Shown piece by piece: positions 1 through 13,742 of a DNA stretch of 64,000 nt. Below the pieces are notes generated by a model that did no database searches, was not told where the DNA came from, and worked only from the letters and a program-made list of their open reading frames with translations. A program made the position numbers and the translations under genes. Source of the stretch: Octopus sinensis (Eukaryota); contig NC_042999.1 in assembly GCF_006345805.1 (NCBI RefSeq), positions 80,228,001 through 80,292,000 of the forward strand, given 5' to 3'. Every line of letters starts with the position of its first letter. The stretch's first letter is position 1.

Positions 1-66
1 GACTAAAGGTGTTGCTCCATCATGGCCACATTCACATGCCTGAAAGAAGTAGAAGAATAAAAGAAT
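1..66 (+). mobile_element. SINE-A 3' tail fragment
   Basis: gactaaaggtgttgctccatcatggccac...gaagaataaaagaat matches the tail of the full SINE-A copies at 1758-2150 and 28141-28540. Confidence 0.7.
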
Positions 67-123
67 ACATACATACATACATATATATATATACATATAT
101 ATATAAAAGAATACATACATACA

Positions 124-211
<88 letters not shown>
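67..211. repeat. (TACA)n/(TA)n microsatellite
   Basis: Directly visible simple repeat. Confidence 0.95.
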
Positions 212-213
<2 letters not shown>

Positions 214-329
214 CGCACTCTACAGGCACATCTATCCTTAATGTAATTCTCAGGTAGAATTAGTGTGTCATAGCTAAGCAAGGCCTGATCTGTTAACATG
301 ACTATCGAATAGGAGCGATAAAATCGTGA

Positions 330-1610
330 TTGGAGAAATTTGCAGAAGAATTTCTAGAGCGTATGGGAAAGAATTAATTATCGTCAAATCAAAATAAATC
401 AGAACTACAAAATTCTGGAACAACGATGGTAATCAACGCAGCCCCAGTGTACATAATGTTAGTCTCGAAATATTTGTAAATCAAACTGTATCAAGAATAG
501 CTAGGAAATCATTTTAATCTATGTGAAGAAAAGAAATAGACAAGATTTCTAGACGATGGCTGTATTCTTCGGAAAGAAAGAATAGGAAATTTAAATAAAA
601 TTTAAAATATTTCTTAAAAGGAAAAAAAAAAATCAATTCACAATAGAACAAAGTTCAGCGAACTACCAATTTCAGCTATTTTAGTAATAATGAAATTAAA
701 TAAATGAAGTGAGGCAGACTGAAGCAACATTTACACGTTATCTTTGTGATGTGGTATCGGGAATGCACAAGAGTAAATATTCCATTTAATTTAGTCAAGA
801 AAGCGAAGCACATTTGTATCGAACATAAATACTCGCAGTAAACGAAAACAAGAAATTTAAGATACACTTCATCCTTAATAGTTGGTGGGATACAAGGAAC
901 GAAGATAATTAATGCTCGGATACTAAAACAGGTAAAACAAGTAAAACAACACAACAAACCTGAAGTGAAAATGTCACCATATGTCTCTACTAACAATAAC
1001 GGCTCCAACACTTTACAAAATATGGAAACAATAATGGCTCCAATACTTTACAAAATATATCCTTGCTAAAAGCAGACGCCTGGATAAATCGAATTCAACG
1101 AGTATATAAATTATAAAATATATATTAAAAGATGGCTTTTATCATTCAAGCGAAAATTAACAGATGATAAATCATACTTAACGATAACAGAATCAATAGT
1201 CAAAAGGTGTGAGAAAACCAGCAGTGGAATAGATCATAACCGATAGTTCAGAGCACCATTTCAGAGAAGAACAATACTTCAAAACAAACAGTGCTTCTTT
1301 CCTGTGCATCTAAAAGCGTAATCTACATAATCATTAGCTCAACTTGTAGAGAGAATTAAATAGGACAAACTAAAATAAGCGTAAGAAAACAAATAACTAT
1401 TTTCAAAGAGAAATTTCGAATTCTGAGTTATGTATAAATAACTCACAGTGGATATATCGATAGATACCTATGCTGCTAATCGTGAATCAAATTAAGAAAT
1501 AATTTCCATTATATTAATGAAATACCGGAACGTATGGATACCAGTAGATCAATAAGTCTACATCTAATTAAAAATATTGACCTCTCTTAAACATGTCCAT
1601 TTAATAAATC
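330..1610 (+). mobile_element. Degenerate Penelope-like element (RT plus GIY-YIG relic)
   Basis: Broken frames give RFLDDGCILRKE (~545), NIPFNLVKKAKHICI (~775) and SCASKSVIYIIISSTCREN*IGQT (~1300-1370); collinear with the better copy at 4371-5560. Confidence 0.7.
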
Positions 1611-1757
1611 TATATTTATTATTATTGTTATTACCAGCATCATTAATTACAAAGTCATGAATAAATTATAAATGTGTAACCAGTTGATATCACGAAGTTC
1701 CATACATACTACATACATACTACATACATACATACATACATACATACATACATTACA

Positions 1758-2150
1758 GAGTGGCTGTGTGTGGTAAGTAGTTTGCTTACGAACCACATGG
1801 TTCCGGGTCAGTCCCACTGCGTGGCACCTTGGGCAGTGTCTTCTACTATGCCTCGGGCGACCAAAGCCTGTGAGTGGATTTGGTAGACGGAAACTGAAAG
1901 AAGCCGTCGTATATATGTATAATATATGCGTGTGCGTTTGTTTGTGTGTCTGTGTTTGTCCCCCTAGCATTGCTTGACAACCGATGCTGGTGTGTTTATG
2001 TCCCCGTCACCTAGCGGTTCGGCAAAAGAGACCGATAGAATAAGTACTGGGCTTACAAAGAATAAGTCCCGGGGTCGAGTTGCTCGATTTAAGGCGGCGC
2101 TCCAGCATGGCCGCAGTCAAATGACTGAAACAAGTAAAAGAGTAAAAGAG
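1758..2150 (+). mobile_element. SINE-A, full length (tRNA-like head, internal TA/TG microsatellite, tail)
   Basis: A-box-like tggctgtgtggt, B-box-like ggttc(a)gtcc, ccttgggcag box, tail ggcgctccagcatggccgcagtcaaatgactgaaacaagtaaaagag; many copies in the window. Confidence 0.9.
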
Positions 2151-3195
2151 TATACATACATGTATGCATGCATACATGCATGCATGCATGCATGCATACA
2201 TACATACATATAAGTATATGTGTATATATATATATATATGTGGTGTGTGTGTGTGTGTGTATACGTATGTATGTATGCATATAAAAACATATATACAAAC
2301 ATATACACAAAGATATACTCTACCAAGTCAACTCAAAAGACAATTGTTAGACAGGCGCCTATAATAGGCGGAACTTGCTCAATATGCCATGCACAGCGAG
2401 TGAACCTGAAAGCTCATAGTTTCGAAATGAACCTCTTAACTACTTCATGTAACCCTTCTTGACGGGTAGCTATGTGCCAAAATAAGACTTTAAATACGGT
2501 TGCAATTACGTCACTTTCATTATTAATTCAAATCCCATATGACCAACTTTGTTGTTTTCGCTATTGATCAAAAGTGTACCAGTAATATAATTAGTAAGCA
2601 TAGTCTGACAATAACCTTTCTAATACATATGTGTCACCTTGTACCTATGTAGATAAAAACATCAATTTATAAGTTAGTACATGATGTACGTTTTTGGTAT
2701 TGTTCCGAGTGAACATGCCAGATTTTAGTATTAGTTAGTATTCTCTTCTTCACTATTCTTTTATTGTTATTGACAAATTCAATTTCTGCTATAAGCGGCC
2801 AGGGGATGAAGTGAAAGTCTGTAGCAAATTTGTAGTTGTGCCAAACTCCATTAAAATCTAGATTCAGGAAGCATTCGAAAACGCTGCTTCTACAAGACAC
2901 TTCTGAGACCATAATTTAGGAATCTAATATAAAGAAAATAAATAGTTTACTTTGTAGCTTCAAGAGTTACTGACAATGGTAGAAGTGAAAAAGCAGACTG
3001 GACAAAATATTGGCCTATAAGTCAGATAGTGCGCTGCAAGTTCACGCTGCCCGAATGCACTTAGTTGTCTAACGAGGAGAGAATTATTTGATTATAAATT
3101 TCTGAGTTTACCAAATTGTCGACAATATTTAGAGTTGTATTCTAGTTGTAGTGGTAATGAATAAGTTGACTGCAACAGTCTGTTAGAGAGAGTTA

Positions 3196-3233
<38 letters not shown>

Positions 3234-3675
3234 CTGAGAGAGAGGAGAGAGTGAGGGAGAGTGAAGGGTCTGGAAGAGAAGGATTAACTGTTTATATCTA
3301 ATATCGGAATTATAATAAAAAAAAATTCTCTTTACATGTTTCCAACTTGGCCATTTATTTACTACCTGTTTCATTCTGAAGGTTACAGTAGCGGGTTAAT
3401 ATTAGTTCAACTCGGACGAAACAAATATCAGCGCAGTTACATGCGGCAGCAAATAATAAAATTTAAACTGCGTACCAGAAAGGCTTTCAAATTACGAAAA
3501 TATTACTTTGAAAATAAGGCTAGAGAGTTTAGAAAATTTTCATACCTGTGGCTAGCGTGTGTAATAAATATGTTGTCTATTGAATTTATTACGCATGCTA
3601 ACCACCGGCATGAGAAATTTTAAAAAATTTTCTACCCTTATTATTTTCACAGTATATATAAGTAAGGAGAGACAG

Positions 3676-3808
3676 GGGTGGACGCCTGGTTGTATGGTAG
3701 GAAATTTGCTGCCCCATCACATGGCTCTAGGTTCAGTCCTACTGCGTGGCACCTTGGAAAGTGTCATGTGAGTACATTTGGTAGGCAGAAACTGAAAGAA
3801 GCCTGTCG
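3676..3808 (+). mobile_element. SINE-A left half ending in (TA)n
   Basis: ggttcagtcctactgcgtggcaccttgg...aactgaaagaagcctgtcg followed by a TA run. Confidence 0.75.
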
Positions 3809-3844
<36 letters not shown>

Positions 3845-4044
3845 ATATATGGTAAAACAAGTAGCCACATCAAAGTAGCAGATGAATGTTACTACTAGTT
3901 TAACCCCAGGCGTATTCTCCACCAAGCTTGTTTTCGGTGTAAGCTCTGTACCCTTTATATACAATACAATGCTGGCAGAAGCAGATCTTAGCTATCACTC
4001 CACTGTGCAGGTGCGCGCGGCTGACGTGAGACTAATAGCTCGAA

Positions 4045-4312
4045 ATATATATATATATATATATACATACATACATACATACGTACATACATACCTACAT
4101 ACATACGTACATACATATATATACATGTATATATATACATATATATATATGTACATGCATATAAATATACATGTATATAAATATATACATGCACATGAAT
4201 ATATATACATAGATGTATGTAGATATATATGTATATACATACATACATATACATGTATATATATAACCAATATATATATATGTATATATACATATATATA
4301 TACATATATATG

Positions 4313-4368
<56 letters not shown>

Positions 4369-4370
4369 TA
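4045..4370. repeat. (TA)n/(TACA)n compound microsatellite
   Basis: Directly visible. Confidence 0.95.
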
Positions 4371-5560
4371 TTGCAATGGGAACCCGAGCTGCTCCAGGGA
4401 TTGCGAACATTGTAATGGGTTACGTAGAGCTTAAAATATATCAACCAGCACTACAGAAATATGGCACCTCATTTCAATGCTATGTAAAGGTGAACTGGAA
4501 TAAGTATTTGGACGATTGCGTTATACTTTGGAAAGAAAGCATGGACAAACTCCTCGATTTCAAAATAATGCTTAACAATATTAATAGCAAAATACAATTC
4601 ACCATGGAGCACAGCAGTAAACAACTCCCTTTTCTTGACATCCTAATTAAAATAGTCAATAAACACATCGAAACAGACATCTTCTATAAACCCACAGATT
4701 CAAAACAATACCTATTATTCAACTCATGCAACCCCAAAAACATAAAAAATTAATATACCTTATAATCTAGCGAAAAGAATCTGTACCATAGTTTCGGACA
4801 CCAATACTCGTGAACAAAGACTCCTTGAACTCAGATCAATACTAATCAAAAGACATTACCCATTATCATTAATAAATGATGCCATTAAACAATATAAGGA
4901 AATAGATATACGAACATTAAGGGAAGTCAAACGAAATACTAAACCAGACTTAAAAATACTCCCCTGCATCTCCACACATAACCCTAAAAACAACGAAGCT
5001 TTTAACATTATCATCCAAAATCTACCCATCCTCACAGGAGATAAAACAATGAACAAAGTTTTAGGCTCACGCAAAATTATCAAAAGCAAAATGCGACCCA
5101 AATCATTGAAAAAATATTAACCAGTGCAAGACTATATCCATTAACAACAGAACCAAATGTGAAAAAATGTGGTCTACCTAACTGTGGTACATGCCCCTAC
5201 CTTTTGGAGGGTTCGGAGTTCCACTTTAAACAAGGTTAAATGTTTAAGATTAAATGAAATTTCACCTGTGCCTCGGTAAATCTAATCTATGCCATTACAT
5301 GCTTAGGGTGTGGTAATATCACAGGAATATCACTCCGTTGAAGAACAGGAATATCACTCTGTCGAAGTACGGCACTCCACAAAGAACAAATCCGCCACCC
5401 ACAATTCAGACAGAAAAGTGTGCTTGGAACCTTAATCCTAATTTCCTAATTTTTCCCTTCTATCAATGTTCAGAGAACAACTCAGTGCAACAAAGAATGT
5501 ATAAAGAGGCAACTTTCATCAATAAATATCTTCCACAACTCCATATGAGCACATAAAATA
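4371..5560 (+). mobile_element. Penelope-like element, 5'-truncated RT plus GIY-YIG endonuclease pseudogene
   Basis: ORF 4376-4753 [15 protein letters not shown]...KYLDDCVILW...QFTME...LPFLDILI...YKPTD (PLE RT C-terminal motifs); then NIPYNLAKRICTIVS in another frame; CGLPNCGTCP and FTCASVNLIYAITCLGCG (Cys motifs, GIY-YIG); frameshifts and stops; TA-rich microsatellites on both sides. Confidence 0.9.
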
Positions 5561-5984
5561 ATACAGAACACTACTAACATTTCAATTATTACCACTAACC
5601 CCCATACATCCCATACACCATTCACATTACAGATCTATATTTACTCTAATTGCACCAAATCCAGAACTACTTACCTCCCTTACTCATAATCTTTTTACTC
5701 AGGGAGTATACCTGACACCGTTCAGTAATCGGTGTGCATTCAAAGCAATGATTAGTAATTTTATGAAACCATTATGCTTCGAAATCTCTTTAACAATTCA
5801 CAATAATGACTTTTATTACTTTTATTCCTACCTCAGTTCATCTAACTGTACATATCTATCGTTATTTCCATAAAAAGCCTTAACTTTTTTAATTTCTAAT
5901 GTGCATTTTCGCTTTTTTTCTTACTTTCCTTTTACATTTCCACGTGTAGTTACTATTTTCTTTTTGTAACATATTTCTATTACA

Positions 5985-6264
5985 CACACATATATATGTA
6001 TATATTTATATATACATATATACATATACATCTACATATATACATATACATACAATAGCTATATATACATGTATATACATATACATCTAAATATATATAT
6101 GTGTATATGTATGTATAGATATATGTATATATATATGTATACATATACGTATATATATGTATATATACATATATATATATGCATATATACATATATATAT
6201 ATATATATGCATATATACATATATACATATATATTTGTATACACACACACATATATATACATGA

Positions 6265-6298
<34 letters not shown>

Positions 6299-6343
6299 TA
6301 TACAGATATATGTATATATATATATGCATATATACATATTGAT

Positions 6344-6385
<42 letters not shown>

Positions 6386-6531
6386 TATATATGTATATAT
6401 ACATATATATATGCATATATACATATTGATACAAATATATATATATATATATATACATACATTTACATCTACATATATATACATATATACATACATATAT
6501 ATATATATTATATATATATATATATATATAG

Positions 6532-6584
<53 letters not shown>

Positions 6585-6650
6585 CATCAATATATATATA
6601 TATATATATATATACATACATATACATCAATATATATATATATATACATC
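5985..6650. repeat. Long degenerate (TA)n/(TACA)n block
   Basis: Directly visible. Confidence 0.95.
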
Positions 6651-6779
6651 TCTTGAGATACCTTGTTGTATGCAATATACAATACATACAGTATATTGCA
6701 TGCGATATACAATATCATCCGAAAAGTAAGGCTATTCTGAAATAAATATAGTGAACCCCTTTATTATTGAATACATGCA

Positions 6780-7230
6780 TAAACATCATCAGTAGTGATG
6801 CTGGTGGAACATTCCTATCAAACCTTCTACTTAGTGCAAAATATACCAGTCAGGATATTGTTGTTTATGAGTGATACATAATAGCATGTACTGTCATAAA
6901 AGTCAGGTGCTCTGCTGATGCGAACATTTCTCAAAAAATCAAAGAGATAGAGCATAACTACAGACAACTGGCTCAAAACCATCAACGTTTATATCCAGAT
7001 TATGAATCAACATTTATGGCAATAATAATTGGTGCACTTGATTTAGTGAGCAAATGATTAAGAGATAATCTGGAAAGTCTAGGATTTTCAGAAAATTCAA
7101 TGAGGAACACACACACACATACACACACAAACACACACATACACACACAAACACACACACACACATACATCTCAAAAAATCGGTAAGTGGAACAATGAAA
7201 ATATGACTGAATTTTCTAAACTGTACATGT
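6780..7230 (+). mobile_element. R4/Dong-type LINE 3' fragment (REL endonuclease), family C, interrupted by (CA)n
   Basis: WWNIPIKPST...KVRCSADANISQKIKEIEHNYRQLAQNHQRLYPDYESTFMAIIIGALDLVSK*LRDNLESLGFS, then SVSGTMKI after the CA repeat. Confidence 0.7.
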
Positions 7231-7328
7231 ACAGTCGTTTTGCTTCCTACATTCCAACGAGATAGCATTGCATTTATGTTAAAAACAGCTACTTCTTCAT
7301 AGAAAAACTTCAGAAGAGAATGCACATA

Positions 7329-7879
7329 CCGTGTTACCCCGAAAATAAGACCCGACCCTATATTAATTCTGCATTTAAAAAGAAAATCAAAGAAGGACTA
7401 TGGTTTATTTGCGGCATTTTCCAACTCCGAAAATAATGTTTGTCGACTTGATCCACACTTGCGCTTCTTAGTAGTTCTCTCATCCACCTGTCTGCTGAGA
7501 TTATCGTACCCTGCTCGCCATTTTCGAACCAATCGGAGATCCAACATCTTCTCCTTACAGAAAGCCATACGATTCTTATGTGAATCTTCTACAATTCCTT
7601 TCTTGTACTCCACGGAATAACTCTCTCTTTTTGCACTCATCATGTCTGGGGATCGAGGGAGTCAAACCAAGGGAGTAAACTCTGTGCATGTGCGCTTATT
7701 ATAGACTTTAGCCAAGCTACTGTAGTTGGTTTATTTTGCAAACATCGCATGGTTTTGCTAACAAGCTGATGTACTTTTGAATAGGTCTTATTTTCATGGT
7801 GAGTCTTATATTTAAAACATCCTAAAAAATCATGGTAGGGCTTATTTTTAGAGTAGGTCTTATTTTAGGAGAAACGCGG
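7329..7879 (-). mobile_element. pogo/Tigger-like non-autonomous DNA transposon with truncated transposase N-terminus
   Basis: TA flanks at 7327-7328 and 7880-7881; imperfect TIRs ccgtgttaccccgaaaataagacc / ggtcttattttaggagaaacgcgg; subterminal AAAATAAGAC repeats; ORF 7643-7398 MMSAKRESYSVEYKKGIVE...VRKWRA resembles a pogo HTH DNA-binding domain. Confidence 0.8.
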
Positions 7880-7984
7880 TAATTGTTTTTATCATTTAAA
7901 TTCCTCCTCTGAATAAGGAGCTGGTTTCTAACAAAGATACAAAGCCCCATCTTCGGAATGTAGATAACGAAAACAATCTCATAT

Positions 7985-8190
7985 TTATACCCGAGAAGAG
8001 TCTTGCATAGTTTTACTGTTCCGCTCACAGATTGTATTTGTAATGTGCGAATCAAATGTGAGCCAACAGCCATCCTGCACGTGGGCTAGCATATATTTGA
8101 GCTGGTTCAAGACGGTAGCAATGAAAGATATACCGTGCTTTCGTGTTCGAGTCGAATGTCCACGTGTGAGATGGCGTAGAACAAAAAGGA
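7985..8190 (-). mobile_element. R4/Dong-type LINE C-terminal fragment, family C
   Basis: LIRTLQIQSVSGTVKLCKTLL on the minus strand, matching the C-terminus seen at 7170-7230. Confidence 0.6.
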
Positions 8191-8304
8191 ATATGTATGT
8201 ACACAGCAGGTTTCTACAGAGTTGTATGTGTGTGTGCGTGTGTGTATATATAGAGAGCGCTTGCAGTTACCTCTGGTTTTATATATATATATATATAATA
8301 TATA

Positions 8305-8338
<34 letters not shown>

Positions 8339-8339
<1 letters not shown>

Positions 8340-10086
8340 CTAGCATTATGACCCGTCGTTGCCGGGTCATAGTGCTAGTGCATGTATATATGTGTATATA
8401 TATGTGTACATATTACATGTACATATTACATGTATATATACATCTACACATAAAATACAAAATACAAAGTTATATCTTGATATCGCTAGTGATAACAGTA
8501 CTCAAAATATATAACAGACTGGAATTGTAAGCTCGTCTCTTGCAACTTCGATCAATCGTATCTTGTCCTCCCTCTTGTATAGAAATGTGGCTACAATCCA
8601 GCCTACCTCTACTTCTGGGGGGACATTTTAAATTTTTATCCGGGACGTCCTACGTCCCAGATATAAAGGTAAAAATAAAATATTTCCACTTTGCAAGGTT
8701 CGAGTCGAGTACTCTCTTGCACGCTCCGTTAACTCGAAACTTGCTTTTATTGTGGCGAATTTACCGCCTCTGGTTAGATATCTCTCATAGTCGCACCAAG
8801 ACACTTTTCGATGGTGCTTTCCTCCAGGTGTTCAAATCTTTTATTTTCTCTACATTGTTTACTTTATAGACAATAGTCTCTTCTTTAAATTAATTTTTTT
8901 ATTTCGTTTGGTAGTGTTATCCTAGATTCACCGTCTTTGTCGGTGATCAATCCGAAATAGGTTTGTATTTCTTCCATTTTAATTTTAATGAGTTAGGGCC
9001 TGCCGACGGCTGCAGCGAAATTCATTTTTGGACTTTCTTCTATCGAAGGCATTCTAACAAAAATGCTTCCGTATAAACGGTGAAAATATTGTCAATTTCC
9101 CCAAACAGGGACACAATTAAATTTTTAAACAATAACCAAAGCTCCTTCTCCCAAAGGGGGAGGGTTACAGTTTACAATTATTTAACAAATGCAACACAAC
9201 AACGTTTCCCTTACGAGGAACCAACAAACGTGATAACAATAGTTAAACAGTAATAATAATAACAACAAACCTTACGGTGAATCAAAAAGCAGTACGCAGT
9301 TGAAGCTATAGTCCTTTATGTATAAGAAAATATACCAACAGCAGTACTCAGTAGAAGCGGCTGTTCGAGAAAACAGACATTACATACAGCCAAACGTCAT
9401 ATAAATACTTAATGCTAGCTAATTAGCAGATAATCTAATGTAAAAGTCGTGGTAAACGGTATGTGCACAGCTCCATCTGGACTATTCCATTCCTGCACAC
9501 TAATTTTATTATTAATTTATTCCCATTCATGTGAAACCACTTATTCAAGTTCAAGTCATTGACGCAATTTTATACCAATTGCTGTTTTTACGTTTGTTAT
9601 GTTACGATTATATTATACTTTAGTTTGAATTTAATTATTACTTACTACATATAATTCAATTGTTATTATTATCTCTAATTTTTATTTAAAGTATCTGACA
9701 TAAAATAGAGAAATGTTTTTGTTTCACTTTTAACACGTAATACTGAAATAGTGGAGAAGATATGATATTTCTATGGCCTCGCCCTAGGCAAGAAGTTGCA
9801 CATTTTTTTTCTCATGAAACTACATGGATCCTAAGTAAGGCATGTGTAAAATTTGAATGAAATTGGTTGTGTAGTTCTCAGGTTTTAGGGAATCGTAGTG
9901 GAGAAGATATGATATTGCTATGGGCTCGCCCTAGGCATATAGTTAAAAATTTGTTTTGCCCATGACACTACATGGACCCTAAGTAAGGTATGTGTAAAAT
10001 TTGAATGGAATTAGTTGTGTAGTTCTCAAGTTTTAGGGATTCACACAGACAGACGGACACACATTCTCAGTTTTATATATATAGAT
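8339..10086 (+). mobile_element. Putative non-autonomous Helentron/Helitron-like element (HINE/DINE-1/Lep1-like)
   Basis: Starts with ACTAGC inside a 17-bp-stem hairpin; ends aaatttgaat...gttgtgtagttctcaagtttt...acagacagacggacacacattctcagttttatatatatagat, a typical HINE 3' end. That 8380-9700 belongs to the same element is inference. Confidence 0.5.
9751..10040 (+). repeat. Two tandem ~147-bp units inside the HINE 3' region
   Basis: gtggagaagatatgata...cctaagtaagg...aaatttgaat...ttttaggga repeated at 9751 and 9898. Confidence 0.9.
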
Positions 10087-10804
10087 ATATATATATATAC
10101 TTTTTTATTTTTCAAAACGTAGAAGGAATTTTCAGTTACTTGCGAATTATTTTTCGCGTTTGTCATCTAGTGCAACAATACTTAATGTATTTATCTAAAT
10201 TCATGCAACTGGTTTACTTCAGTTATTTTCTTTCGTTCGTTTTATATTTAAAGTGCACACTTTGTTCATTATAGAAAATAAACATTATTTTCTATTTTTA
10301 TAGCAAAAATAAGCACTATCTTAGTTTCTTCTGTCATTTCTGATGGGTTGTCTATTAGTTTATAGAATAAATTAAAACAGTGTGCGTATGGGCAACTATG
10401 GAAAAGTTTAAAATCCACACGACGAAACCGTGGTTTTCACATTAATAGTTGTGATTGATTTAATACATAGATGCATAAATGCATGATAAATATCTGGATA
10501 GTAAGCTTACTAGAAGAATCATTCACAAACGTATTCTTTTTCATTTTTTCACTTCGACACATTGATAATTAGATATATGTACACTGATATTTGGCCTTCT
10601 GTGTGTATGTGCACGCGTGTGTGTGTGTGTATGTGTATGTGCACGTGTATACATACATACATACATACATATATATATGTATGTATGTATTTTTATATAT
10701 ATGCATACACTCGCACACACACACACACAATCATATATGTATAAATATGTATAAATATTCATTAATATATATCTGTATATATACATATATATTAATGTAT
10801 GCTG

Positions 10805-10835
<31 letters not shown>

Positions 10836-11659
10836 GTGTGTGTGTGAGTGTGCGCGTATGTAAAATTATGTATCTGTGTTTGTCAGTGTGTTTGTGAATC
10901 GATTTTTTTTATACATTCGTTTCTTCGTTTCTACCTTTGGAAATGAGTATATATAGGTACAAAGGATTATACAAATTAGTATATATATTATCACAGAATT
11001 AAATGTATTTATGTATATTGGTAAATAAATTGTTTCTTTCAAACAAGTACCAATCAAAATAACGGTTTGAAATCTCAGAGCAGAGATATTAATGTGAACC
11101 TTGGAAAGGTTCACACACATACACTCATCACACGCACCTTTATTTCTTTTTATATGCATAAGTGTCCATGTGTGTGAAATAAAATAATACAGAAATAACA
11201 CACATTAAAAGAATATACTGGATTACCGTGTGTCAGATAGAATGTCATGCAATATTTTTTCTGAATGTCTGAGTTCGAATCCTGTTGAGGCTATCCTTTG
11301 TTTTTTATCCTTTTGGAATCGATAAAGAAAACGCTGGCCCGGACGGGTGGATTAGCGGAAATTTTAATGTGGTGTCTGTCCAGCTTTTTGCATTCCGAGT
11401 TATGCAATTCGACTGCATATTACCAGCCTTGTATTTCTAGGAAACAGACATTTGGCATCCAACTAACCGTGATGGACCTTGAAACCAAAGCGGACGACGA
11501 GTCGCTTGGAATATCATTAAATAAAATATACGGATTTATAAGCATAAGTACCAAAAAAATTTCTAGGAAAATATCGAAAAAAAAATGTCGAATTGGCAGC
11601 GTTTGTGGAGGGTCAAGCCTATTCCTTCTTTAGGTATATTGTTATATCTTTTTGCGTAC

Positions 11660-12213
11660 TGCTTAGCGGTATTTCGTCTGCCGCTACGTTCTGAGTTCAA
11701 ATGCCGCCGAGGTCAACTTTGCCTTTCATCCTTTCGGGGTCGATAAATTAAATACCAGTTACGCACTGGGGTCGATGTAATCGTCTTAATCCCTTTCTCT
11801 GTCCTTGATTGTCCCCTCTGTGTTTGGCCCCTTGTGGGTAGTAAAGAAATTGGTATTTCGTCTGCCGTTATTTTCTGGGTTCAAATTCCGCCGAGGTCGA
11901 CTTAGCCTTTCATCCTTTCGGGGTCGATTAAATAAGTACCGGTTACGCACTGGGGTCGATGTAATCGACTTAATCCGTTTGTCTGTCCTTGTTTGTCCTC
12001 TCTATGTTTAGCCCCTTATGGGCAATAAAGAAATAAATACTTAGCCGGATTTCGTCCATTTTTATGTTCTGAATTCAAATTCTGAAGAGGTTGATTTTGC
12101 CTTTCATACTTTCCGGTCTCGATAAACCAGGTACCAGTTGAACACTGAGGTCGACGTAATTGACTTAACACCTTTCTGAAACAGCAGGCCTTGTGTCAAA
12201 ACTTGAAACCAAT
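11660..12213 (+). mobile_element. SINE-B head-to-tail trimer
   Basis: Three successive gtatttcgtc...gagttcaaat.ccgccgaggtcgac...ggggtcgatgtaatcgact units; copies 1-2 carry tail type 1 and copy 3 carries tail type 2. Confidence 0.85.
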
Positions 12214-12651
12214 TCAGAATGTAAAATAATAAGATAATGAGTTTTGACTGTCATACAACCGATTCTATTGTCCACCACCATAATAAAATATAGGAATTAT
12301 GAATCAACAAAGGAACCTCTACGTCACGCTTGACCAGCAAGAAATAGCAACTAAATTTTTTGAGCAGATTATTTTAAAGTTATTACATGACGCATTAGGA
12401 AATGTAGTTCTTGATACGACGCTAATAAACGGGATGGACACGACTGGAAAGCTTTTGATCATAGCTTTGCTCGACCTAGGTTGACCTAGTGATTATACAA
12501 TAGCAACAATAATAACAACAAGAAGAATGATGTAATGTGTAGTCTAACATAAATTGTCTGAAAGGCCGGGTTGGTCAAGGTTAGAATGCTCTTGATTATA
12601 GGTCTGTTCGATCATGGCTGACCAGAAGCTAGACGAAAATAAGAAGATTAA

Positions 12652-12755
12652 CAACAACAACAACGACGACAGCAACAACAATAACAGCAGTAGCAGCAGA
12701 AGCAGCAGCAGCAACAACAACAACAACGACGACAACGACGATGACGACGAGAGTA
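12652..12755. repeat. Mixed (AAC/GAC/AGC)n trinucleotide repeat
   Basis: Directly visible. Confidence 0.9.
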
Positions 12756-13462
12756 ATGATAGCATGTGGATTGTGCATCTTTCAGACCACAGAAGTTGAA
12801 GCAATTAATTATATTTATCGCACCATTGCGCAAAGTAAATAGTTATTTCTCAGATTGTTTATATTTTTATGAGTGTGTAAGATGATACATGTGTGTGCGT
12901 GCGTGTATGTGCGAGTGAGAGAGAGAGAGAGAGAGAAAGAAAGAAAAAGAGAGAGAGAGCGAGGTAGGGAAAGAGGATGAGAGACGCAAAACTTGCATGC
13001 AACAGCAAAAACAGAAAAAAATGGCTAAATATTGGGGAAAAAAAAGAAGGTACCTATAACATTATTTTGAAAATATTTTCTGTAGCTCGCAGTGCACTTC
13101 AGAGCAAGTAATTATATTTTGGGGCGCAGTGTAACAATGAAATCAAAACAAAAACATTCATTTAAAAACACGTATTTATACATCTTTAATATAATGAAAC
13201 AAAAATAAATAAAAAACTGTCGGAGATTATTAAATATTTACTTATTTATTCAATAAATAACGTATAGCTATCAATAAACATTATAGTTTTTCCGTCTTTT
13301 TTCCATGATTAGCAGCATTTTAATACAAGTATACCTTCATTCAATTTCCAGCTCATTGAAATCTCAATTCATATAAATAAGTCGTAAACTTAACAAAACT
13401 AATTATTATCATTTTTTTAATCATTATCATTACTATTATTATCATTATTACTATTACTACGT

Positions 13463-13742
13463 AAGGCGGCGAGCTGGCAGAATCGTTAGCACGCCGGGCG
13501 AAATGCTTAGAGGTATTTCGTCTGCCGCTACGTTCTGAGTTCAAATTCCGCCGAGGTCGACTTTGCCTTTCATCCTTTCGGGGTCGATAAATTAAGTACC
13601 AGTTACACACTGGGGTCGATGTAATCGACTTAATCCGTTTGTCTGTCCTTGTTTGTCCTCTCTATGTTTAGCCCCTTGTGGGTAGTAAAGAATAGGTATT
13701 TCGTCTGCCGCTACGTTCTGACTTCAAATTCCGCCGAGGTCG
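13463..13742 (+). mobile_element. SINE-B full copy plus the start of a second tandem copy
   Basis: aaggcggcgagctggcagaatcgttagc head, gagttcaaattcc B-box-like motif, tail type 1, then aggtatttcgtctgccg...gaggtcga. Confidence 0.9.

Noticed and set aside
5760-5790. tttatga aaccattatgcttc gaaa in the PLE 3' region as a hammerhead relic
   Set aside because: Two core mismatches, a broken stem II and no supportable stems I or III; suggestive by position only.
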